NCBI GenBank assembly: GCA_044357055.1
Contig: JBIKVD010000002.1
Coordinates: 1-45,069 of the forward strand
DNA length: 45,069 bases
DNA from: Oligoflexales bacterium
Lineage (GTDB): Bacteria; Bdellovibrionota_B; Oligoflexia; Oligoflexales; JBIKVD01
Direction: 5' to 3'
Shown here: one piece after another, positions 37,439 through 45,069 of the stretch
Numbering within the stretch: the stretch's first letter is position 1
How the letters are laid out: each line of letters opens with the position of its first letter
Notes under the pieces: generated by a model
Databases searched by the model: none
Told to the model about the DNA's origin: nothing
The model's input: the letters and a program-made list of their open reading frames with translations, nothing else
Made by a program: the position numbers and the translations under genes

Positions 37439-37828
37439 ATGAACGCAGATTGCCTATCACTCAAATTTGCTCTTCTTGAAAAGGGAGTACGAGAAATGGA
37501 AAGGGAAATGATGGAAAAGGACGTAATACGCTCAGAATCTAAAGAAATCTCAGTCCAGGGTTTCGTGGGCAGCGAGCCCAAAACCTTCAAATCGGGCGAT
37601 ACTTCTTCCACTAGATTTCGAGTCGCTATCAAAACGGAAACTAAAGAAACGAAGTGGGTCACTGTCAGCCTTAGAGGCGAGGTAGGCATCAAAATCGCCA
37701 AAGACCTTATCAAAGGCATGCCTGTCTTTATCAAAGGCAAGATCTCTGAATTCAAAGAAGATGACAAGGCGCCACGCTCTGTCATCTACGCAAATCAAAT
37801 ATACCGCCTTCAGTCATTTAGCGCTTAA
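37439..37828 (+). CDS. ssb: Single-stranded DNA-binding protein (OB fold, no acidic tail)
   Basis: VQGFVGSEP, FRVA, ETKWVTV, LIKGMPVFIKGKI; start may be further downstream. Confidence 0.8.
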   Translation: MNADCLSLKFALLEKGVREMEREMMEKDVIRSESKEISVQGFVGSEPKTFKSGDTSSTRFRVAIKTETKETKWVTVSLRGEVGIKIAKDLIKGMPVFIKGKISEFKEDDKAPRSVIYANQIYRLQSFSA

Positions 37829-37840
37829 AGGAAAAATCCC

Positions 37841-38602
37841 ATGAATCTAAAAAACGTCTTTCAAACCGTCTCTTCCGTTCTCCTCGTCACGCTTGCCATC
37901 TCGTCGTCGGTGATGGCAGTGATTCTCACAATGAGTGTCTCGAAAGTGATCGACGGCAATACGCTTCGCGTCTCAGATGCAGGCAAAATCACCCAGAGCG
38001 CCCATAAGGATTTTGACTGGAAAGTCTATTTCGACCCTAAAAATCCAGAATTCTGGGACGACGGTGCGGGCGAGCCGCCAAGACCCTTTCGCCATGTCGC
38101 GGCAAATCCCACAAAAGAGAACATTTCAAATTTAAGAAAATGGATCACTCTTCAAGAAAATAAAATCGCTGAGGTTCGAAAGCTCATTGGAGATGAAGGT
38201 GTTCAAGAAAACGAAAAAGGAATCAAAGACCTAAAGGAACTCCTCAGCTCCCATAAAGCCCCAAAGAAAGATCGCTCCGATGTCTCAAGCCAAATTGACT
38301 TAGTCTACATCTACTCCTCCACCTGCTCTGCCTGCAAAGCCTCAAAGGAAGTAGTGGAAAAACTCAAGCTTGATGGCGTGCGTGTCACCTCGCTTCAAAC
38401 TGACTTTGCCGAAGGTCTTGATAGAAACGCACTGCCTTATACGGGGGAGTACAAGACATCTTTCCCAAGTGCCGTTACCCCAACCTTTTACATCAAAGTG
38501 GGCGACGTATCTGCAGTCAAAATCGAAGGCTTTAAGCCTTACAACGAGCTAATGGCCACCATCTCTCGCCACGTCGAGCAAGAACTAAAATCTAGGAGCT
38601 AG
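37841..38602 (+). CDS. TraF/TrbB-like membrane-anchored thioredoxin-fold protein
   Basis: N-terminal transmembrane segment, AANPTKENI, YIYSSTCSAC (CxxC), VTPTF. Confidence 0.65.
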   Translation: MNLKNVFQTVSSVLLVTLAISSSVMAVILTMSVSKVIDGNTLRVSDAGKITQSAHKDFDWKVYFDPKNPEFWDDGAGEPPRPFRHVAANPTKENISNLRKWITLQENKIAEVRKLIGDEGVQENEKGIKDLKELLSSHKAPKKDRSDVSSQIDLVYIYSSTCSACKASKEVVEKLKLDGVRVTSLQTDFAEGLDRNALPYTGEYKTSFPSAVTPTFYIKVGDVSAVKIEGFKPYNELMATISRHVEQELKSRS

Positions 38603-38607
38603 TCCCC

Positions 38608-38916
38608 ATGCGTAGAGTCATATTTTTACTTTTCTTAGTCCCGTCGAAACTTTTTGCACAGACCGATTTTCTGATTGGCCGGGGCGAAGACAAAAGTAGT
38701 GAGCTTAAATTTTTAAACAACATCATTCAAACAGCTCAGTCGACTCTTGCCTACGCCGTGGGTCCACTCTTTGGCAGCTGGATGGTGCTCAAGGGTTTCA
38801 AGATGGTGGGTGCAGCCGAGAGGGGTGAAAAAGGCCCCGGAGTGACCATGATCATTGCTGGTGTTTGCTGTTTTGCCATTGGGCCAATCGTCTCTCAAGT
38901 TTTGAAAGTGATGTAA
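38608..38916 (+). CDS. Putative conjugative pilin
   Basis: Signal peptide plus two hydrophobic helices, 102 aa, directly before traL. Confidence 0.7.
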   Translation: MRRVIFLLFLVPSKLFAQTDFLIGRGEDKSSELKFLNNIIQTAQSTLAYAVGPLFGSWMVLKGFKMVGAAERGEKGPGVTMIIAGVCCFAIGPIVSQVLKVM

Positions 38917-38919
38917 GCG

Positions 38920-39252
38920 ATGCCTGAATATTTCGAGCGCTACCGGAAATTTGAGCGCCTTCAAAGTAACAAAATGATCGATAAGCCAATTCTTCTTTTG
39001 TGCCAGATGACTTGGATGGAGCTAGTCAGTGGGCTTTCGCTGGTCGTGGCTAGTTTTTACGTAGCCTTTGCCTCAAAGCTTGCGGCACTAGTCGTGGCAA
39101 TAGTCGGATTTTGTTTGCCGATTTATTTAAGAAAACTCAGACAAGTGATGCCACGCGGTACGCTGCTTCATTTTCTTTGGAACCTTGGACTTATGGATAA
39201 AGAACTACCTCGTGCGGCGCGTCGCACAAAAAAGACCGTGATGGGGCCCTAA
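38920..39252 (+). CDS. traL: TraL-like protein
   Basis: IDKP..L...WMEL, two transmembrane segments, PRGTLLHFLW..G. Confidence 0.75.
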   Translation: MPEYFERYRKFERLQSNKMIDKPILLLCQMTWMELVSGLSLVVASFYVAFASKLAALVVAIVGFCLPIYLRKLRQVMPRGTLLHFLWNLGLMDKELPRAARRTKKTVMGP

Positions 39253-39893
39253 TGGAAGCATTCAATTTATATGTGAGTTCACTTAGAGCAAGAATCAATA
39301 CGCTTCATCTTCTTTACGGCGTGTTAAGCGCCAGTCTTGGCATCATTTGTCTCTACTCATTTTATGTCAATTCTACTTTGAGAGAAGAGCTTAAAAATCC
39401 GGTGGCCTTTCTTGTACCTGGACACATTCCAGATGTGATCAAAGTAAGGGCAAACTCGGTGCCAGATAGTGTGGTGTTTGATTTTTTCGATTTCATTGCA
39501 GCTCAGATCGGAAATATTTCCTCAGAACAAATTGAAATTCAGTACGCAGCCCTTGAGCGCTACCTGTCTCCTGAATTTAAAGCACGTTTTAGGGCGGCAG
39601 CTAAAAACGCTATACCCCTTTGGAAGGACCGCCGAATTGATCAGCTCATTAGCTTTAAGCCACCAGAGCGTTTCGACCGTGTCACTGAAAACGGCGCTTC
39701 CCTTTTTACCCTGACGACTTGGATTACCGTGCAGCGCTATATGGACGGAAAGGCGCTTAAGCCTTACAGGGAACGCCTTGAAATTAGCTTTCGCACGAGT
39801 GCCGTCGACGAATCGAAAGCTTGGATTTTCGAAATTACAAACATCAAACGTGAAACGGAAGACGAATACCAGTCTAGAACCGAAATTAAGTGA
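39252..39893 (+). CDS. traE: TraE-like protein
   Basis: Single N-terminal transmembrane segment, LVPG, NISSEQI, YLSPEF; L-E-K-B-V-C gene order. Confidence 0.7.
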   Translation: MEAFNLYVSSLRARINTLHLLYGVLSASLGIICLYSFYVNSTLREELKNPVAFLVPGHIPDVIKVRANSVPDSVVFDFFDFIAAQIGNISSEQIEIQYAALERYLSPEFKARFRAAAKNAIPLWKDRRIDQLISFKPPERFDRVTENGASLFTLTTWITVQRYMDGKALKPYRERLEISFRTSAVDESKAWIFEITNIKRETEDEYQSRTEIK

Positions 39894-39902
39894 AAGGAAT
39901 AT

Positions 39903-40703
39903 ATGAAAAAAGTTCTCTTAACCGCCCTTTTTCTTGCGAGCTCCGTGCAAGCCGGCGAATTCGATTTCAAAGATGGGGGCACGCTCACGATCGAAGTCGA
40001 CCAAAATCTTGGATCTATGGTGGAATTTCCGTACCCGGTGAAAGTGATTCCAGCGACGAAATACTTTGAAATAAGCCCTGTGGAGACTGAGGTCGCAGAT
40101 AATGGCACGCCCGTGAATATCACCATACTTAATGTGAAGCCCGTTTCCATGAACCAGGTTAGGGAACTGGTGCCAATTATTCTTGAAGGTAAAAGAAGCA
40201 TCAAAGTTACCTTTGTTTCCAGAGATGCGAGTGATCGCCACCATAAAATCGTGGCACTAAGACAGCCGACTTTTAAACTAAAGGGCTTTCTTGAAAAAGA
40301 AACCTTTCTTATGACTCAAATGTTAAGGGACGAAGAAGCTGAAGGCTTCAAAAAAGAAGCGTTTCGAAGAAAGCTTGACGTCGAAGGTTATGACCAGTTC
40401 GATCTTTATCTCGTTAGAAAATATGAAGGCACGGAACTTAATGGCTATATCTTTAGGTTAATCAATAAAACAGAATATGAAATCACGATCAATCCCACAG
40501 CTATAAACTTTGCCGAACCCAACCGGGCGGCACTTTTGCAAATGGATTCTGAGACGCTTGTGCCTTGTAAGACAAAGGACCCAGCTTATAAACCAACCGG
40601 CCCATGTGCATCAACCATACGAATCGTGATCCGGGGTGAGTCGTTTGGCAAATTTGGGGCAAAAAGCGACCTGCCGTTTTTTCTAAAACCAACTGAGCGG
40701 TAA
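39903..40703 (+). CDS. traK: TraK-like exported protein
   Basis: Signal peptide; LMTQM...GF and YEG.EL.G..FRL.N C-terminal pattern; gene order. Confidence 0.65.
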   Translation: MKKVLLTALFLASSVQAGEFDFKDGGTLTIEVDQNLGSMVEFPYPVKVIPATKYFEISPVETEVADNGTPVNITILNVKPVSMNQVRELVPIILEGKRSIKVTFVSRDASDRHHKIVALRQPTFKLKGFLEKETFLMTQMLRDEEAEGFKKEAFRRKLDVEGYDQFDLYLVRKYEGTELNGYIFRLINKTEYEITINPTAINFAEPNRAALLQMDSETLVPCKTKDPAYKPTGPCASTIRIVIRGESFGKFGAKSDLPFFLKPTER

Positions 40704-40712
40704 GGATAACCT

Positions 40713-41687
40713 ATGATTTTTAAACATTTCTTGCGAAGCGTGTGCCTACTTTCAGCAGCGACGCTTAGTGCCGCTGAAATCCCAGTGGAAGATAAGACAG
40801 GGACCAGGGTGCATGCAAAGGACGAAGACGTCAGGGTCGACTCCGAATACAAGGAGCTCTATGAGCAGCAGCTATCTGCCAACGAAGAACTAAAGCGTTT
40901 GGTCGACATCAAGGAACAAGCCACAGCTCCAAAAGAAGAATCAATATTTGAGCCACCTCCTGAACCGCAGCCAAATAGTACGCCATCATTTTCGAATGAA
41001 GTGACGAGGCCGCGCACGTTACCTAGCGGTATTCAAGTTTTTGGTGCGACAAAAAGCGCAGGCGTAAAAACCACCGTCCTTCCGGCTGGAAGTTTCGTCA
41101 AAGCAAGGCTTCTGACCGGTGTGCAGGCCAATAGCCGCTACGCCTATGAAAGTTTACTACAGCTCGACTACGCCTATACCGGCCCTAATGGAGCGAAGAT
41201 TCCCCTTCAAGGCTGCATGGTCATCACAGATGCCAAGGCCGATCTTTCAATTGAGCGCGTGGTGATGGCTCCTCATACGCTGAGCTGTGTCATGGAAAAT
41301 GGTGAGCATTTTGATCGGGGCGTCAAAGGATTTGTCGCGGGTTCAGATTCAGCAAATGGGCTCGAGGGTGTTTATCTTAGTAAGCAAAACAAAGTTTTCC
41401 TTGCAGCTCTTCTTGCATCAATCGTCAAAGGTGCCGGCGAAGCCGTTCAAATGAGCAATATCGAAGAGCAAGTATCAGGCGCGGAGCACGGCGCAGTCGC
41501 TAGAAACTTTAAAGGCAATGTCACACAGTTTGCCGTAGCGAAAGGGCTCACCGACGCTGGCGGCATGGTCGCCGATTGGTACCTAGAGCAAGCGAAAGCC
41601 CTTCTTCCCACCATTGGCGTCGCAAGCGGCGCCGAAGTGTGGGTCGTCATGACTAAAACCGTCGAAATTCCAGACTTAGGAGAATGA
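40713..41687 (+). CDS. traB: TraB/VirB10-like core complex protein
   Basis: Pro-rich linker, LPAGSFVKARLLTG, GC.....KADLSIERV, LSC, ADWYLEQA...PTI.V.SG. Confidence 0.88.
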   Translation: MIFKHFLRSVCLLSAATLSAAEIPVEDKTGTRVHAKDEDVRVDSEYKELYEQQLSANEELKRLVDIKEQATAPKEESIFEPPPEPQPNSTPSFSNEVTRPRTLPSGIQVFGATKSAGVKTTVLPAGSFVKARLLTGVQANSRYAYESLLQLDYAYTGPNGAKIPLQGCMVITDAKADLSIERVVMAPHTLSCVMENGEHFDRGVKGFVAGSDSANGLEGVYLSKQNKVFLAALLASIVKGAGEAVQMSNIEEQVSGAEHGAVARNFKGNVTQFAVAKGLTDAGGMVADWYLEQAKALLPTIGVASGAEVWVVMTKTVEIPDLGE

Positions 41688-42022
41688 AATTGAAAAAACT
41701 TCTTATACTTTTAATGCTACCAAGCTGTGCGTCCATGCCGGAGAGTAACTTTGAACTTGATCGCCGCAGTGGCATGAGACCACCGGGCGACGCCTCTACC
41801 GATGTTATAGAGACCTTGCGAAGCGAGCGAAACCTGACGCAAACGCCTAAGATGCCCGCAAGGGTCGAGCCACTTATAGAAAAGATTTGGGTTTACGACC
41901 AGATTTTAGAAGGTGGTCACTGGCTTTCGGGGACTTGGATGTTTGTAGAAATCGAGCGCTCCCGCTGGCTACCAGAGCTGGATACGGGTGCCGCTCCCCT
42001 CATTAAAGAGGAGTCAAAGTGA
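41684..42022 (+). CDS. traV: TraV-like lipoprotein
   Basis: Lipobox LPSC, P.R....KIWV, FVEIERSRW. Confidence 0.72.
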   Translation: MKLKKLLILLMLPSCASMPESNFELDRRSGMRPPGDASTDVIETLRSERNLTQTPKMPARVEPLIEKIWVYDQILEGGHWLSGTWMFVEIERSRWLPELDTGAAPLIKEESK

Positions 42023-44649
42023 AGTTATCAAAACTTCTCACACCCTTTGCAGGAGCTGAGATTTCTAGAATTTGCCTAGATCTGCAAGCAGGAAGCGCCA
42101 AGGAGCGTCTCATTTATGAAAACGAAATCATTCGCGGCGCTCAAAGCTTTTTTTATCTTAATGAAGGAGCTGTGGGGCTTATGTGGGAGGTGGCTACCAT
42201 CCCCCATGAAATTTTGAATTCTGAAGAGCTCATTTCAAAAATTAGCTCCATTTCAAAACTTTTTGAAATTATCACAAGTGACAATCTTAGTTTTCAGTTT
42301 ATTTATGTAAATGGTGTTGAACATGATCTAAAACTTCCCTCCCATCTTAGTGAGCCAAAAAGTTTTTCGGCGAGACTAGGACTAGCTCGGGCAACCGAGC
42401 TTTTTAATAGTCCCAGATTTGAAAGACGTCTTTTTCTTACGCTAAGACAAGAGCTCGACATGCAAAGGCTTCCGACCAGGGAATCATCAACACTTAAAAT
42501 CTTGGACGAGGCCTTAGAAAAAGCTTTGGTGGAACTCGCAGGTATTGCCGATTCGGTGGAATACCAAATCGGTGAGCGAGTAAAACTGGGACTTAAACGC
42601 TGCGGTGGGCGAGATCTCGTCCAGCTAGTTAGAAAATTCTTTGGGAATGAATCTGAATCATTTAGAACGGGGGCCAGGCTATCAGACCAGATCGTGACTG
42701 ACTTTGTTAAATTTGGGCACGACGGCGTTTCAACAAAAGCCGGCTTTTGGGAAGTGATTTCCTGGGCCGATAAAAGTGAAGCTCCCTACTTTGGAATGAT
42801 GACTGAGGTTCTTAATCCCGCGAATCTTTCAAGCGAAGCCATCTTCGTAGTTAATATTCGCGCGACAAGCGATAAAAGTGGCCTTAGCCACCTTGTGCAA
42901 GCTACAAAAAATGGTGGCGACGCCTACAAGGAGCGCCAGTACCAAGAGTCTCTCTTCACAGAAGAAAGACTTGAGCGCGGTGAGAAGCTTCTTCCTTTAT
43001 CATTTCAGATACTTGTAAGAAACACTGGCGAGGCAAGGATCGGTGAAAAGCTTGCAAGAAAGCTTTCTAGCTTTATCGATACGCCAATGCTTGTGGAAAA
43101 ATTTGCGGCCTTTCCCATATTCATGTCGTGCTTGCCGCTTGGCTATTCAAAAAAGATTTCTGGGTTTTTAAAACGTGAGTACCGCACTCTCTCAGGGGAG
43201 CTCCCTTCCTACATCCCGATCTTTTCAGGAAGCCTAGGTGACAACTCTCCTTCGATGCTTCTTCACTCACGCTCAAAGGAAATGATCTGGGTCGATCCCA
43301 GGGCTTCGCACACAAATCCCCATGTCGCTATTTTGGGAGAATCAGGAAGTGGGAAGTCATTTTTCTTATGCAATCTCATAGTCTCGGATCTTTCGAAAAA
43401 TCCAAATCAGATCATTTTTCACATCGATAATATCACTTCAAATGAATATCTGGTCAAAGCCTTGGGTGAGGACTCAAAAGTAAGGATTATTCGCCCTCCT
43501 GAGAAGTACCCAGCTCTTTTAAGAGGAGACATTTCACCAGAGCGACTACCTACAATCATCGATATTTTAAGTGTAGCATCGGAACTTGTTTCAAACCGGA
43601 CCCTCTCGTCTACAGAAAAAGTAGTTTTGTCAGAAGCAATCCTTAAGGGCGCCGAAGCTTCGAAAGAGTACGCAAGTGTCGGCTTTGAAAAAGGAGAAAA
43701 AGAAAGTTTAGGCGAGCTGAGAGAGAAAAAATCGAGAAAGAAGATTTTAAAACTATCAGATGTACTCGCACAAGTGCCAAGCGTCTGCGCTGAGAAAGAG
43801 TTGCCCGAAGACATTGGCCAAGGACTTTGGCAAATCTTCACGCCATTTATTGGAAATGGCCCCTACGCACTGCTATTTGATGCAGACCGCTTTGAAGAGG
43901 ATTCAAGCGAGACGCCTCTCTATAGCCTTTATGATCTCCAAGGGGTCACAAATGATAAAGCGCTGCGCACCTTAACAACCCTTCTCATTACATCTGAGAT
44001 CATGCTTGAGATTTCAAAACCTCAAAATAAAGAGAAGAAAGGCATGCTCGTCATCGACGAGCTGGGAGTGAATCTTTCAGGCAAATCGGAAGCGTTAAAG
44101 GATTTTGTTCAATCAAAATGGCCAGTCTTTAGAAAGCTAGGAATTATGTGTGTGGGACTCACGAATAAGGTTGAACACTACACAGATCTTGAAGCGCCAA
44201 ATACCGTTTGGCAAATCAGTGGCAATAAAATGATTTTGCCACTCTCTCGTGAGTCTGCGGTGAAGGCAGAAGAAAAAAAACTACTTAGTAACCCCTACCA
44301 TTTAACTCTTGCGTCGACTTTGGAAAAACGTAACGGAGCCTTTTCTCAGGCACTTTACCTTGGATCTAGCTTTGAAGGCACTGTGGAATATCGACCCACC
44401 GGCTTTGACTACTGGCCGGCCATTAACGAAGCTCCTGACGTGGCAGTCTTTAAAAAAGCCTATGAGCTCACTGGCTCTTATCAAAAATCTATTATGATTC
44501 TCGCAAAAACCTTTCCCCTCGGGGTGCGTTGCCTTGAGGGTAAGCACCGAGACCTAACGGCTGATGATTTGAACCTGCTTAGGAGAAATATAAGTGAACA
44601 AATTTCTACTCATGACAATTCTTCTCAACTCGACCCATCTTTTAGCTGA
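42019..44649 (+). CDS. traC: TraC/VirB4-family ATPase
   Basis: NPHVAILGESGSGKSF, LVIDE, FRKLG; 876 aa; follows traV. Confidence 0.88.
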   Translation: MKLSKLLTPFAGAEISRICLDLQAGSAKERLIYENEIIRGAQSFFYLNEGAVGLMWEVATIPHEILNSEELISKISSISKLFEIITSDNLSFQFIYVNGVEHDLKLPSHLSEPKSFSARLGLARATELFNSPRFERRLFLTLRQELDMQRLPTRESSTLKILDEALEKALVELAGIADSVEYQIGERVKLGLKRCGGRDLVQLVRKFFGNESESFRTGARLSDQIVTDFVKFGHDGVSTKAGFWEVISWADKSEAPYFGMMTEVLNPANLSSEAIFVVNIRATSDKSGLSHLVQATKNGGDAYKERQYQESLFTEERLERGEKLLPLSFQILVRNTGEARIGEKLARKLSSFIDTPMLVEKFAAFPIFMSCLPLGYSKKISGFLKREYRTLSGELPSYIPIFSGSLGDNSPSMLLHSRSKEMIWVDPRASHTNPHVAILGESGSGKSFFLCNLIVSDLSKNPNQIIFHIDNITSNEYLVKALGEDSKVRIIRPPEKYPALLRGDISPERLPTIIDILSVASELVSNRTLSSTEKVVLSEAILKGAEASKEYASVGFEKGEKESLGELREKKSRKKILKLSDVLAQVPSVCAEKELPEDIGQGLWQIFTPFIGNGPYALLFDADRFEEDSSETPLYSLYDLQGVTNDKALRTLTTLLITSEIMLEISKPQNKEKKGMLVIDELGVNLSGKSEALKDFVQSKWPVFRKLGIMCVGLTNKVEHYTDLEAPNTVWQISGNKMILPLSRESAVKAEEKKLLSNPYHLTLASTLEKRNGAFSQALYLGSSFEGTVEYRPTGFDYWPAINEAPDVAVFKKAYELTGSYQKSIMILAKTFPLGVRCLEGKHRDLTADDLNLLRRNISEQISTHDNSSQLDPSFS

Positions 44650-44824
44650 TGAAACCTGGGTACTTCGTGATCACTGGCTCGCGCAGAGTAAAAAACAAAA
44701 GCCTAAAGAGGAAGTGATCGTCAAATCAAAAACGGCCCCAAAACGAAAAAGGTTCGGATTTGAAATCGATCTTGGAAAAAAAGGCCCTGAGTTCAAGGCA
44801 AAAACAAATAAAGGTGATACATGA
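44594..44824 (+). CDS. Small basic hypothetical protein, possibly exported
   Basis: Signal-like N-terminus; ATGA overlap with the next gene. Confidence 0.45.
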   Translation: MNKFLLMTILLNSTHLLADETWVLRDHWLAQSKKQKPKEEVIVKSKTAPKRKRFGFEIDLGKKGPEFKAKTNKGDT

Positions 44825-45069
44825 AAAGATTTACCATTGCCGCCACCATGTTACTATCGTCTCAACTTCTAAATGCTGCCGAAAACGCGGAGTTTGCAGA
44901 GCGTTGGAAGGCAAGCGAGCTAGCCGGTCGTTTTTTTGGACCGGAAAAAGCTCTCCCTAAAGCGCTCAAGACTCCGATTACCCTTGGCGGGGGAATCAAT
45001 GCAAGTCTTGGGACAAAAATCGAATGTGGCAATATTGATGTCTCTGGGTCAATTAAGGCAGAAATCGCA
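44821..45069 (+). CDS. 5' part of an exported transfer protein, possibly TraH-like (truncated by the window)
   Basis: Manual translation MKRFTIAATMLLSSQLLNA...GGGINASLGTKIECGNIDVSGS; the CG.ID motif resembles TraH; AAGGTGA ribosome-binding site. Confidence 0.5.
   Translation, partial: MKRFTIAATMLLSSQLLNAAENAEFAERWKASELAGRFFGPEKALPKALKTPITLGGGINASLGTKIECGNIDVSGSIKAEIA

Larger units (their letters stand above)
5321..45069. mobile_element. Integrative conjugative element (MOBF relaxase, F-type mating-pair genes) integrated at tRNA-Ile2; right end beyond the window
   Basis: tRNA followed by a tyrosine integrase, AT-richer cargo, relaxase, coupling protein and tra operon. The second att copy is not visible. 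Confidence 0.88.

Noticed and set aside
11394-44960. Remaining short ORFs in the track nested in or antisense to long genes
   Set aside because: They are overlapped by well-supported CDSs and have no independent evidence.

Overview
Bases 1-5320 are chromosomal housekeeping DNA: a partial 2-hydroxyacid dehydrogenase, dnaG, rpoD with a long Lys/Ala-rich N-terminus, and tRNA-Ile2(CAT). Directly after the tRNA an integrative conjugative element (ICE) begins and runs off the right edge. It carries a tyrosine integrase, cargo genes, an R388-like oriT/RHH/coupling protein/MOBF relaxase module, a putative leading region (AbiE toxin-antitoxin pair, J-domain protein, candidate single-stranded-DNA promoter) and an F-type transfer operon (TraU, PilB/GspE-type ATPase, SSB, TraF-like, pilin, TraL/E/K/B/V/C, start of a TraH-like gene). 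Cargo includes a Czc-type metal efflux cluster, two tandem exported arginine/agmatine deiminases from different families, a merR-led operon with a membrane-anchored MerB-like fusion and no merA in the window, several HEPN-like genes and two nonsense pseudogenes. The best leads are the deiminase pair, the MerC/T-MerB fusion, and a coherent nic site, Frpo-like hairpin and ~200-270 bp direct-repeat architecture. All calls come from reading motifs by eye; no database searches were run. The host may be Bdellovibrionota/Oligoflexia-like, which is only a weak impression.
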